From assembly GCA_007125735.1 (NCBI GenBank), contig SLCP01000013.1, forward strand, positions 1 through 56,975: DNA of 56,975 nucleotides, written 5' to 3'. The notes under the pieces are model-generated. The model was not told the DNA's origin. It made no database searches and saw nothing but the letters and a program-made list of their open reading frames with translations. Positions 35,617 through 43,321 of this stretch are shown here, piece after piece. The stretch comes from Coriobacteriia bacterium. GTDB lineage: Bacteria; Actinomycetota; Coriobacteriia; Anaerosomatales; SLCP01. The position numbers were made by a program, and so were the translations under genes. Position 1 is the stretch's first letter; the number at the start of each line of letters is the position of its first letter.

Positions 35617-36066
35617 TTACCGTTTCAGACCACGCAGCTCGTCGGTGAATTCGTCGACGTCCTCGAACGACTTGTAGACCGACGCGAATCTGACGTACGC
35701 AACCTTGTCGAGCCCCTTGAGGCGGTCGAGCACCATGTCGCCGAGGATGCGGGAGTCGATCTCGTAGCGAAATTCGTTGTGTAACTGGGCGACGAGGTCA
35801 TCGATGAGTTCCTCCAGACGCTCGGTCGAGACGTTTCGCTTCGCCGTCGCGACGACGAGACCTCGCAGCAGCTTGCCGCGATCGAACGGCTCTTGCGCCC
35901 CATCCTTCTTGATGACCATGAGCGGCATCTCTTCGCGACGCTCGTACGTGGTGAAGCGCTTCTGGCATGCGAGGCACTCTCTGCGACGCCGGATGGCGTC
36001 CTGTGACTCGGAGACGCGAGAATCGACTACTTTGGTCTCATCGTGTCCGCAGAAGGCGCACTTCAT
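35617..36066 (-). CDS. nrdR: transcriptional repressor NrdR
   Basis: MKCAFCGHDETKVVDSRVSESQDAIRRRRECLACQKRFTTYE zinc ribbon plus ATP-cone. GGGGTGA SD. Confidence 0.95.
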   Translation of the reverse strand: MKCAFCGHDETKVVDSRVSESQDAIRRRRECLACQKRFTTYERREEMPLMVIKKDGAQEPFDRGKLLRGLVVATAKRNVSTERLEELIDDLVAQLHNEFRYEIDSRILGDMVLDRLKGLDKVAYVRFASVYKSFEDVDEFTDELRGLKR

Positions 36067-36096
36067 CGTTTCACCCCTACATGTTGGCCTTGAGTG

Positions 36097-36125
36097 AGAC
36101 TAGCACACAAGATATGGTGTTACAA
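36097..36125 (-). promoter_or_regulatory. candidate nrdR-operon promoter TTGTAA - 17 nt - (TGC)TAGTCT
   Basis: On the minus strand: -35 TTGTAA (36125-36120), a 17-nt spacer, extended -10 TGC-TAGTCT (36102-36097). The -10 ends 30 nt upstream of ATG 36066. Confidence 0.45.
36105..36120. promoter_or_regulatory. NrdR box
   Basis: ACACAAGATATGGTGT matches 14/16 of the NrdR-box consensus as I recall it (acaCwAtATaTwgtgt). It lies inside the spacer of the candidate promoter. Confidence 0.55.
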
Positions 36126-36188
36126 CGAAAATCGCACTAAACGGTCTAGAGGTCCTTGTTCGTAGACGCGATTCGCGGATGGGGCCTC

Positions 36189-36593
36189 TCAGCGGGCTGC
36201 CATGAGGCCCTGTTCCGTCCCGCTGGGGACGAGGAGCACCTCGCCTGCGTGGATCGCACCACCGCTACGGCCGTTGATCGCGCGGATGAGTTCGACGTTC
36301 TGGGCTGTGGTGAGGCCGGGCGTTGGATGGGTGCGTGCAAGGGACCAGAGCGTGTCGCCGCCCCCTACGTGGACGGTCGCCGTTCGCTCGTGTGGGGAGC
36401 CGGTGTGAGGGCGAGCCCACGTGAGCGCGGCGTATGTAAGGAGGAGCACGACGAGCACCAGAGCCAACCATTCGTACCATGCGGCATGACGGGCGGAGCT
36501 GATGCGACGGGATCGCACGGAGCGGTGACTGCGGTTCTGCACGAACCCACGGCGGTTGGATGCTATCGCGTTCACGAGTTCCCTCCTCTGCAT
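36189..36593 (-). CDS. LysM domain membrane protein (ChiZ / Rv2719c-like: Arg-rich N-terminus, TM, LysM)
   Basis: MQRRELVNAIASNRRGF...RSRRISS, TM WLALVLVVLLLTYAALTW, LysM VHVGGGDTLWSLAR...NVELIRAINGRSGGAIHAGEVLLVP. ATG 36593 has no SD. The ORF is open to 36728 but would run across the SOS boxes. Confidence 0.7.
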   Translation of the reverse strand: MQRRELVNAIASNRRGFVQNRSHRSVRSRRISSARHAAWYEWLALVLVVLLLTYAALTWARPHTGSPHERTATVHVGGGDTLWSLARTHPTPGLTTAQNVELIRAINGRSGGAIHAGEVLLVPSGTEQGLMAAR

Positions 36594-36608
36594 CGGTGTT
36601 CGATCGCG

Positions 36609-36631
36609 ACTGTAGCGGCAGGCTCTGACAT
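36609..36631 (-). promoter_or_regulatory. RecA-NDp-like motif (aTGTCAgag - 8 nt - TACAGT) proximal to the LysM gene
   Basis: Minus strand reads ATGTCAGAG CCTGCCGC TACAGT, compared with the mycobacterial motif tTGTCRgtg-N8-TAnnnT. The -10 ends 15 nt before ATG 36593, consistent with a near-leaderless transcript and the missing SD. Confidence 0.4.
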
Positions 36632-36641
36632 CGAGCCGGAA

Positions 36642-36655
36642 CGAACATATGTTCG
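36642..36655. promoter_or_regulatory. LexA (SOS/Cheo) box 1, perfect
   Basis: CGAACATATGTTCG is a perfect GAAC-N4-GTTC palindrome. Confidence 0.75.
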
Positions 36656-36660
36656 TACGT

Positions 36661-36689
36661 ATGCTACACCGAACACATGTTCGGCGCAA
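36661..36689 (-). promoter_or_regulatory. candidate LexA-repressed promoter toward the LysM gene: TTGCGC - 17 nt - TAGCAT
   Basis: Minus strand: -35 TTGCGC (36689-36684), a 17-nt spacer that contains SOS box 2, and -10 TAGCAT (36666-36661). Same architecture as the recA promoter at 50760-50788. Confidence 0.5.
36670..36683. promoter_or_regulatory. LexA (SOS/Cheo) box 2, perfect
   Basis: CGAACACATGTTCG is a perfect GAAC-N4-GTTC palindrome. Confidence 0.75.
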
Positions 36690-36710
36690 CCACCCGATCG
36701 GCGGCGTAAG

Positions 36711-36724
36711 CGAACGCATGTTTG
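36711..36724. promoter_or_regulatory. LexA box 3, degenerate (one mismatch)
   Basis: CGAACGCATGTTTG (GTTC replaced by GTTT). Overlaps the -35 of the candidate lexA promoter. Confidence 0.45.
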
Positions 36725-36751
36725 CCATGCCGACATCTGGTGCGGTAGACT
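36722..36751 (+). promoter_or_regulatory. candidate lexA promoter TTGCCA - 18 nt - TAGACT
   Basis: -35 at 36722-36727 and -10 at 36746-36751, flanked by boxes 3 and 4. ATG is at 36788 with AAGGGGGA SD. Confidence 0.4.
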
Positions 36752-36756
36752 CGGGT

Positions 36757-36770
36757 CGAACATGCTTTCG
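36757..36770. promoter_or_regulatory. LexA box 4, degenerate (one mismatch)
   Basis: CGAACATGCTTTCG (GTTC replaced by TTTC). Lies just downstream of the candidate lexA -10. Confidence 0.45.
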
Positions 36771-36787
36771 GTCAGAAGGGGGACCCG

Positions 36788-37414
36788 ATGCCCTACTCGC
36801 GTGAACTGACAGACAGGCAGCGGCAGATCCTGGACTTCATCAAGGCCGAGATACATCGTCGCGGCTTCCCGCCGTCCGTGCGCGAGATCGGTGATGCGGT
36901 CGGGCTATCGTCCTCCTCCACGGTCCACTCGCACCTGGCCGCCCTCGAGGAGAAGGGGTTCATCCGGCGCGATCCATCGAAACCCCGGGCGCTCGAGGTA
37001 TTCGACTTCCGCGACGCCGATCGGGCGGTCGACTACGGTCAGGCACGGGCGGTGCCACTCGTGGGTCAGGTAGCCGCGGGCTCCCCCATCCTCGCCGCCG
37101 AGAACATCGAAGCGACACTCACCCTGCCCGCCGAGATGGCCGATGAGTCCACGTTCATCTTGAGGGTACGCGGAGACTCGATGATCGAGGCGGGCATCCT
37201 CGATGGCGACTACGTGGTCGTGCGCCAGCAATCGACCGCCGAGAACGGCGACGTCGTCGTCGCGATGCTCGACGACGAAGCCACGGTCAAGCGCTTCTTC
37301 AGGGAGGCCGATGCGGTGCGGCTCCAGCCGGAGAACAGCGCGCTCGAGCCGATCTACTCCCGAGACGTGACAGTTCTGGGCAAGGTCATGGCACTCTTCC
37401 GGCGCATCGTGTAG
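36788..37414 (+). CDS. lexA: LexA repressor
   Basis: [56 protein letters not shown]. Cleavage site VAAGSP, catalytic GDSM and VKRF. Confidence 0.95.
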   Translation: MPYSRELTDRQRQILDFIKAEIHRRGFPPSVREIGDAVGLSSSSTVHSHLAALEEKGFIRRDPSKPRALEVFDFRDADRAVDYGQARAVPLVGQVAAGSPILAAENIEATLTLPAEMADESTFILRVRGDSMIEAGILDGDYVVVRQQSTAENGDVVVAMLDDEATVKRFFREADAVRLQPENSALEPIYSRDVTVLGKVMALFRRIV

Positions 37415-37416
37415 GA

Positions 37417-37431
37417 AGGCGCGTCGCGCCT
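37417..37431. terminator. short GC palindrome between convergent lexA and hflX (weak terminator candidate)
   Basis: AGGCGCG-T-CGCGCCT. Only 21 nt separate the two stop codons, and there is no U-tract. Confidence 0.25.
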
Positions 37432-37435
37432 GGCG

Positions 37436-38767
37436 TCACTGCGCTGTGGTGTCCGCAGGCGAGCCCTCGGATGCCGCGTCCTCGAACTCGCTCAGGCGGT
37501 TCGATACCTCGTCAGACGCTTGTACGACGAGCCGGGTGCCCTCTTCTGTGTGGTGCTCGCTCACGACGTGCGCACGTTCGTGCGCCAGTTGCACGAGGTC
37601 GCCCCGGGTATATGGTACGAGCACGGTGAGAGTCGTGCCCCCTCTGGCGGCCTCCACCGAGAGCCGCTCGAGCAGCGCGTCCATACCCTCCCCCGTGCGG
37701 GCGGAGAGGAACACGGCTGAAGGGTGGCGGGCAGCGAGCCGCGTGCGCTCCTCGGCATCGATCGCATCGATCTTGTTGAACACGAGCAGGGACGGGAGCT
37801 TGGCGGCGCCCACCTCTTCGAGCACGAGGTCGACCGCGGACATCTGCGCCTCGGCGAGCGGGTGACTCGCGTCGATAACGTGGAGCAGGAGGTCTGCGTC
37901 GGTCACCTCGGCAAGGGTCGACTTGAACGCCTCGACCAGGCCGTGCGGCAGCTTGTTGATGAAACCGACGGTGTCGGTGAGGGTGATCTCCCGTCCGTCG
38001 GCAAGCGCGAGGCGGCGCGTCGTGGAGTCGAGGGTCGCGAAGAGCATGTCGTAGGAGAGCACGTCGGCGCCGGTGAGCGTGTTGAGGAGCGTCGACTTCC
38101 CGGCGTTGGTATAGCCTACGAGCGCGACCCGGAACACGCCGCTCTCCGCCCGGGACTTGCGCTGCGTCTCGCGGGCCGAGGCGACGTTTGCGAGATCACG
38201 CTTGAGGTCTGCGATGCGCCTCCGTGCAAGCCTGCGGTCCGTCTCGAGCTGCGATTCTCCTGCCCCGAACCGCGCTCCCCTGCCACCGCCGAGACGCTCG
38301 CGCTCGAGGTGTCCCCACAGTCCGCGGAGCCGCGGCAGGAGGTACTCGAGTTGAGCAAGCTCGACCTGAAGTTTACCTTCACGGCTGACGGCGTGCATCG
38401 CGAAGATGTCGAGGATGAGGGTCGTGCGATCCATGATGCGCACACCCGGGATCATCGATTCGAGGTTTGCCTGCTGCCGAGGAGACAGGTCGTCGTCGAA
38501 GATGACTATCGACGCGGCCTCCTCGGTAGCCAAGCTCGCGATCTCCTCGGCCTTACCCGAGCCCACGAAGGTCCTCGGGTTGGCCTTGTCGAGGCGCTGT
38601 TGAGCGGTGGCGACCGGGTCGAGCCCGGCCGTGTCTGCGAGGAGGTGGAGTTCGGCGAGCGAGTCCTCGAGCGGCCACTCGCCCGAGCCGCGATCGACCC
38701 CCACGAGCACGGCGCGAGGCCGCGAGTCGTCGCGCTCCCACTCGGGCGGCCGGTTACGCCCGCTCAT
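37436..38767 (-). CDS. hflX: GTPase HflX
   Basis: AVLVGV...[11 protein letters not shown]1 [17 protein letters not shown]3 DTVGF, G4 NKID. ATG 38767 with GAGGGAGG SD, 13 nt after the dapL stop. The ORF extension to 39202 is Arg/Ser/Pro-rich overlap with dapL. Confidence 0.9.
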   Translation of the reverse strand: MSGRNRPPEWERDDSRPRAVLVGVDRGSGEWPLEDSLAELHLLADTAGLDPVATAQQRLDKANPRTFVGSGKAEEIASLATEEAASIVIFDDDLSPRQQANLESMIPGVRIMDRTTLILDIFAMHAVSREGKLQVELAQLEYLLPRLRGLWGHLERERLGGGRGARFGAGESQLETDRRLARRRIADLKRDLANVASARETQRKSRAESGVFRVALVGYTNAGKSTLLNTLTGADVLSYDMLFATLDSTTRRLALADGREITLTDTVGFINKLPHGLVEAFKSTLAEVTDADLLLHVIDASHPLAEAQMSAVDLVLEEVGAAKLPSLLVFNKIDAIDAEERTRLAARHPSAVFLSARTGEGMDALLERLSVEAARGGTTLTVLVPYTRGDLVQLAHERAHVVSEHHTEEGTRLVVQASDEVSNRLSEFEDAASEGSPADTTAQ

Positions 38768-38780
38768 CGGCGTACCTCCC

Positions 38781-39938
38781 TCAGAGCGTGGCCTCGATCC
38801 GCGCGATGGCCTCTTCGAGGCGGTCGTCGGGCGTGGCGAGCGAGATGCGGATGTAGCCCTCTCCGCTCGGGCCGTACGCGTTACCCGGTGCGACGATGAC
38901 GTCGGCCTCCTGGAGCACCTTCTCGGCGAATCCGGCCGAGGTGAAGCCCTCAGGTACGCGTGCCCACACGTAGATGGTGCCCTTGCACGGGTGGGCCTGC
39001 AGGCCGATCTTGTTGAGCGCCGGCATGACCATGTCGCGGCGGCGCTGGTAGAGCGCGGAGAGCTCGAAGACGTCGTCTTGCGGCCCGAGCATCGCCTCGA
39101 TCGCCGCGTCCTGTACCGCGGTGAACACGCCGGAGTCGATGTTGGACTTGACCGTGCCGAGCGCCTTGATCGCGCTCGCGTTGCCTGCAGCGAACGCAAC
39201 ACGCCAACCGGTCATGTTGTACGACTTCGAGCAGCTGAACAGTTCGATCGCCACGTCCTTGGCTCCGGGGCGCTCGAGGAAGCTCGGCGGGCGGTACCCG
39301 TCGAATCCGATCTCGGAGTAGGCGTTGTCGTGGATGATGAGCAGGTCGTTCTCGCGGGCGAACGCGATCACCCGGTCGAAGTACTCGTCGTTCGCGATGG
39401 CCGAGGTGGGGTTGTTGGGGTACGAGAGGAACATCATCTTGGCGCGGGCGAGCACGTCTGCCGGCGTGGACTCGAAGTCGGCGAGGAAGCCGTTCTCCTC
39501 GGTCATCGGCATGAAGTGGCTCTCGCCACCGGCGAGGATCCCACCGGTGTGGTACACCGGGTAGCCGCAGCCGGGAACGAGCGTGACGTCACCGGGGTCG
39601 ACGTAGGCGAGGAAGATGTGCGCGATACCCTCTTTGCTGCCGATGAGGGCGACGACCTCGTCATCCGCATCGACGTCGACTCCGAAGCGGCGGTCCATCC
39701 ACTCGGCGCACGCGTCGCGGTACCGCTTCGCTCCGAAGTAGCTCGGGTACTGGTGGTTTGACGGGTTCTTGATCGCCTCGGCCATGGCGCCGACGATCCG
39801 GTCGGGGGTCGGCGTGTCGGGGTCGCCGATGCCGAGCGAGATGACATCGATGCCCTGCGCCTGCTTCGCCTCCTTCTTGCGGTCGATCTCGGCGAACAGG
39901 TACGGAGGCAGGTTGGCGATACGCTGCGCGGTTCTCAC
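38781..39938 (-). CDS. dapL: LL-diaminopimelate aminotransferase (DapL-type, class I aminotransferase)
   Basis: [40 protein letters not shown]...NHQYPSYFG...[10 protein letters not shown] (PLP Lys). Start uncertain: GTG 39938 gives the usual N-terminal length, with ATG 39992 or ATG 40016 as alternatives. Confidence 0.8.
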   Translation of the reverse strand: MRTAQRIANLPPYLFAEIDRKKEAKQAQGIDVISLGIGDPDTPTPDRIVGAMAEAIKNPSNHQYPSYFGAKRYRDACAEWMDRRFGVDVDADDEVVALIGSKEGIAHIFLAYVDPGDVTLVPGCGYPVYHTGGILAGGESHFMPMTEENGFLADFESTPADVLARAKMMFLSYPNNPTSAIANDEYFDRVIAFARENDLLIIHDNAYSEIGFDGYRPPSFLERPGAKDVAIELFSCSKSYNMTGWRVAFAAGNASAIKALGTVKSNIDSGVFTAVQDAAIEAMLGPQDDVFELSALYQRRRDMVMPALNKIGLQAHPCKGTIYVWARVPEGFTSAGFAEKVLQEADVIVAPGNAYGPSGEGYIRISLATPDDRLEEAIARIEATL

Positions 39939-40030
39939 TCTTGTTCCATCCCCTTCGGATCGGTGACGTACTGGTGGTGCGTCGGCGTTCATCGGCCCGC
40001 ACCCGGCCGTTGGCACATGGTAGCAGAGTG

Positions 40031-40900
40031 CTACGCGGGAGACTCCTCATCGATGAGCACGGTGCCGGTGAAGACCTCGGTGGCTGGTCCGGTCATGTAG
40101 ACGTGATCGTCGGTATCGAGCAGGATGCGCAGTTCGCCGCCGGGCAGTTCGACCGTGGCCTCTCGGCCGGTGTAGCATGCGAGGACCGCGGCCACGAGGG
40201 TCGCGCACGCTCCGGTGCCGCAGGCGAGTGTCTCCCCCACCCCGCGCTCCCAAACGCGCAACCGGATGTGATCGGGCGCCACGAGCTGGGCGAATTCGAC
40301 GTTGGTCTTCGCGGGGAAGGCTGGATGGGTCTCGATGACGGGCCCGAGGGTCTCGACGGGAGCCTCCTCGACGTCGTCGACCCAGAGCACCGCGTGCGGG
40401 TTGCCCATCGAGACGGCCGTGACGTCGTAGGTGCCGAGCTCTGTCTCGAGCGGGTACGCGAGCACCTGGTCGCCTTCGATCGCAGTCGGGATGTCGGCGG
40501 GTGTGAGTATCGGCTCGCCCATGTCCACGGTAGCGGTCTCCATGGTGCCGTCCGCGGCACGTTCGACCCTCACCGGGCGCACTCCGCCGAGCGTCTGGAC
40601 GCCGATCTCGTGAGCGGTCTCGGGGACCAGATCGTGGTCGACGAGGTACTTCGCGAAGCAGCGTACGCCGTTACCGCACATCTCGGCGGTGGTGCCGTCG
40701 GCGTTGTAGTAGAGCATGAAGAAGTCGGCGTCGGGCACGGAGGCGGGCCGCACGAGTATGAGGCCGTCGGCTCCGATCCCGAAGTTGCGGTCGCAGAAGT
40801 ACGCTACGGCCTCGGGGTCTAGATCGAGGGTCTCGTCGAGGTCCTCGATCATGACGAAATCGTTGCCGAGGCCGTGCATCTTGGTGAACTCGAGAGTCAC
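40031..40900 (-). CDS. dapF: diaminopimelate epimerase
   Basis: FTKMHGLGNDFVMIED...GIGADGLILV...EMCGNGVRCFAKYL...GETLACGTGACA (both catalytic Cys). GTG 40900 with GAAGGAG SD 6 nt upstream. Confidence 0.9.
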   Translation of the reverse strand: MTLEFTKMHGLGNDFVMIEDLDETLDLDPEAVAYFCDRNFGIGADGLILVRPASVPDADFFMLYYNADGTTAEMCGNGVRCFAKYLVDHDLVPETAHEIGVQTLGGVRPVRVERAADGTMETATVDMGEPILTPADIPTAIEGDQVLAYPLETELGTYDVTAVSMGNPHAVLWVDDVEEAPVETLGPVIETHPAFPAKTNVEFAQLVAPDHIRLRVWERGVGETLACGTGACATLVAAVLACYTGREATVELPGGELRILLDTDDHVYMTGPATEVFTGTVLIDEESPA

Positions 40901-40937
40901 GTGTCGCTCCTTCTCTGTGTCATCGCCCCTCGATGCT

Positions 40938-41912
40938 TTAGTGTTCATCGGGAGCGGTGGCGCGTGTGTCGGATTCTAGCAGGTCGAGGATAGCGCGGGT
41001 TGCAGTCGGTACCGATCCGTCGGTGACGTCGATCCACACGATGCGCGGGTCCGCCCTGAGCCACGTCGATTGGCGCTTCGCGTAGCGCCGGGTCGCTTGC
41101 TTGATCGCACCTGCGGCATCCTCGAGCGGCACGCCCTCCTCGATCACGGGAACGAGCTCCTTGTACCCGATCGCCTGTGTCGCCGTCAGGGCTGAGCGGA
41201 ACCCGGCAGCTCGTAGGGCTTCTACCTCTGCGAGGAGTCCGGCCTCGAGCATCGCATCGACCCGGTCCTCGATACGCCGGTACAAGACGTCACGGTCGAC
41301 GTGCAGCCCGACGAACGTGGTGTCGTAGACGCTCGTGCGGCGCGAGAACCCCGATGCCTGTGTCGCGTACGACGTGCCTTCCGCCGCCATCTCGAGCGCG
41401 CGTATGGTGCGGCGTACGTTGTTGGGATGGATGAGCGCAGCCGCGTCGGGGTCGACCTCCGCGAGGCGCGCGTGCATCGCAGCCGCTCCGGCTTCCTCGG
41501 CGAGACGCTCGAGTTCGACGCGGACCGGACTCGTCTGCTCGCCGCGGGGAAACGACCAGTCGTCGAGTGCGGCTCGCACGTACATCCCCGTGCCGCCGGC
41601 GACGATGGGAACGCGCCCGCGCTCCGTGATGTCGGTGATGGCTTCGCGTGCTACCTGCTGGTAGAGAGCCGCCGAGAACGGTTCGCCCGGCTCGACGAGG
41701 TCGATGCAGTGGTATGGGACCCGACGTTCACCTGCAGGAGGCTTCGCCGTGCCGATGTCCATACGCCGGTAGACCTGCATCGAGTCTGCCGAGACGATCT
41801 CCCCGCCGACGAGGACGGCGAGCTCCTCGGCGATCGCGGTCTTTCCGGAGGCGGTGGGACCGAGTACCGCTACCACGCGCCATGCAGTATCGGTACAGGT
41901 GCGGCTACACAT
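40938..41912 (-). CDS. miaA: tRNA dimethylallyltransferase
   Basis: VVAVLGPTASGKTAIAEELA...IVSADSMQVYRRMDIGTAKP. Start is ATG 41912 (8-nt overlap with the upstream gene) or GTG 41876. Confidence 0.9.
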   Translation of the reverse strand: MCSRTCTDTAWRVVAVLGPTASGKTAIAEELAVLVGGEIVSADSMQVYRRMDIGTAKPPAGERRVPYHCIDLVEPGEPFSAALYQQVAREAITDITERGRVPIVAGGTGMYVRAALDDWSFPRGEQTSPVRVELERLAEEAGAAAMHARLAEVDPDAAALIHPNNVRRTIRALEMAAEGTSYATQASGFSRRTSVYDTTFVGLHVDRDVLYRRIEDRVDAMLEAGLLAEVEALRAAGFRSALTATQAIGYKELVPVIEEGVPLEDAAGAIKQATRRYAKRQSTWLRADPRIVWIDVTDGSVPTATRAILDLLESDTRATAPDEH

Positions 41913-43281
41913 ACCGGTCCACGGTGAAGCGGTGGCACTCGATGGGCTCGTGGGGGCCGATACCTGCTTTGCGCCGGGCTATCTCGAGCTGGCGGGCCGG
42001 CGTGTCGACGCCGTCGAGGTCCGGGAGGAGCAGGCCCTGACGAGCATCGCATCTCACGATGACGCCGTAGCGCGACGGATCGAGGTCGGCCTCTTCGCAC
42101 TGCTCGGGCGGGTTGAGGACGTCGACCTTGATCTCAAGGTCGACAAGCTCGGGTGGCTCGAGCGCCGGGAATCGCGGATCGGCGGTCGCAGCCTGGACGG
42201 CGTTGTGTACGACCTCCGCGGCGAGCGTGGGTGCGGTGGGCACGATCGTGCCGATGCAGCCCCTGAGCGACCCGTCGCGGTAGAGCGTGACGAAGGTGCC
42301 GGCGCGCTCCGGGAGCGTGGTGTCAGCGAGAGGCTCCGGGGCGAGACGCTCTCCTCGGCCGACGTACGCCTCGATGGCTGCTCGGGCGAGGGAGACCAGC
42401 TCGTGTTCGTCGTGACCGGCGGCCCCTCCCTTCGAGCCGCGAGCCGGGGTGTCGAGTCCGAGCGCAGCGAACGTCTGGGCATCGGCGACGAGAGCCGTGA
42501 GGTAGCCGACGCCCCAGGGGGCCTCGTAGGCGAGCACGCGGGTGTGGGCGTCGGGCACGGCCCCGGAGAGCGTCACAAACGACCTCAAGCCGCACTCCCC
42601 CGCCATGTCCGCGAGTCGCGCGTCGATCGAGGCAAGCCCATCGAGGTCGCCGGCTTCAACGAGCTCCACGACCGTCTCGTCGAAGCGCTCGGCACCAGGT
42701 GCGAACCCGGCGGGCGCGTCGGGCGAGAGGCGGTGAGAGAGGTCGCCGCTCGCGACGAACGCGACCTTGAGCCCCAGGGTGTCAGCGACGCGTGCGACCG
42801 CGCGTCCCACACCGCGGTGAGCGGCCATGTCGAGGCCGGAGAGCGAAAGGCTGACGATCGGCCAGCGTCCCTCAGGGTCGAGGAAGCTCATCGGCACGAT
42901 CACGCCGTGATCGAGCAGACCGGAACCGAGCCGCGCCACGGATCCCCGGTCGATGGTAGGCACCCCGGCTCCTGCGAGTGTAGCGATGAGTGAGGTCGCG
43001 AACGACGGGTCGCCGGCGTACTCAAGGGCAGTCTCGGGCGCGCCGAAGCGACTGAGGTCGCCGCCGTAACGCTCTGCGGTGTCGATGACGAACGCGTCGC
43101 TTACCGAGGGACTGTGCGGCGACATCACGACCACCGTATCGGGACCGAATCGCCCGAGAGCGTCGGCCGCCTCGGTCATGGCGTCTACCGAATCGCGCGT
43201 GCGAGCCGCGTCACGGCCACCCACAGCGTCGAGCATGATGGGTGGGTGTGGTGCGATGATGCCGAGAACCCCGTGAGCCAT
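41905..43281 (-). CDS. fusion protein: Memo/LigB-superfamily (class III extradiol dioxygenase-like) domain plus AMMECR1 domain
   Basis: N-terminal half GIIAPHPPIML...VVVMSPHSP...FVASGDLSHRLSP. C-terminal half GTFVTLYRDGSLRGCIGTI...GLLLPD (AMMECR1 LRGCIG). GGAGGAG SD. Confidence 0.75.
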   Translation of the reverse strand: MAHGVLGIIAPHPPIMLDAVGGRDAARTRDSVDAMTEAADALGRFGPDTVVVMSPHSPSVSDAFVIDTAERYGGDLSRFGAPETALEYAGDPSFATSLIATLAGAGVPTIDRGSVARLGSGLLDHGVIVPMSFLDPEGRWPIVSLSLSGLDMAAHRGVGRAVARVADTLGLKVAFVASGDLSHRLSPDAPAGFAPGAERFDETVVELVEAGDLDGLASIDARLADMAGECGLRSFVTLSGAVPDAHTRVLAYEAPWGVGYLTALVADAQTFAALGLDTPARGSKGGAAGHDEHELVSLARAAIEAYVGRGERLAPEPLADTTLPERAGTFVTLYRDGSLRGCIGTIVPTAPTLAAEVVHNAVQAATADPRFPALEPPELVDLEIKVDVLNPPEQCEEADLDPSRYGVIVRCDARQGLLLPDLDGVDTPARQLEIARRKAGIGPHEPIECHRFTVDRYV

Positions 43282-43321
43282 CGCTGACGTCTCCTCCAGG
43301 GGGTGCGTTCGTGTCGCGTTG

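Noticed and set aside
36066-36096. Second NrdR box at the canonical spacing of about 31 bp from the box at 36105-36120.
   Set aside because: The best candidate (CCAACATGTAGGGGTG on the minus strand) matches fewer than half of the consensus positions.
38768-39202. N-terminal 145-aa extension of the hflX ORF overlapping dapL. Analogous extensions affect cinA (52599-53252), rimO (54523-54780), dut (32401-32574), apt (16666-16926), thpR (51379-51510), spoVS (45847-45939) and iorB (21498-21671).
   Set aside because: The extensions are compositionally non-coding (Arg/Ser/Pro runs) and overlap well-supported upstream genes in another frame. In contrast, the internal starts coincide with conserved N-termini. 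Most of them also have an SD sequence or a stop/start overlap; the rimO GTG has neither and was chosen as the only in-frame start near the conserved N-terminus.
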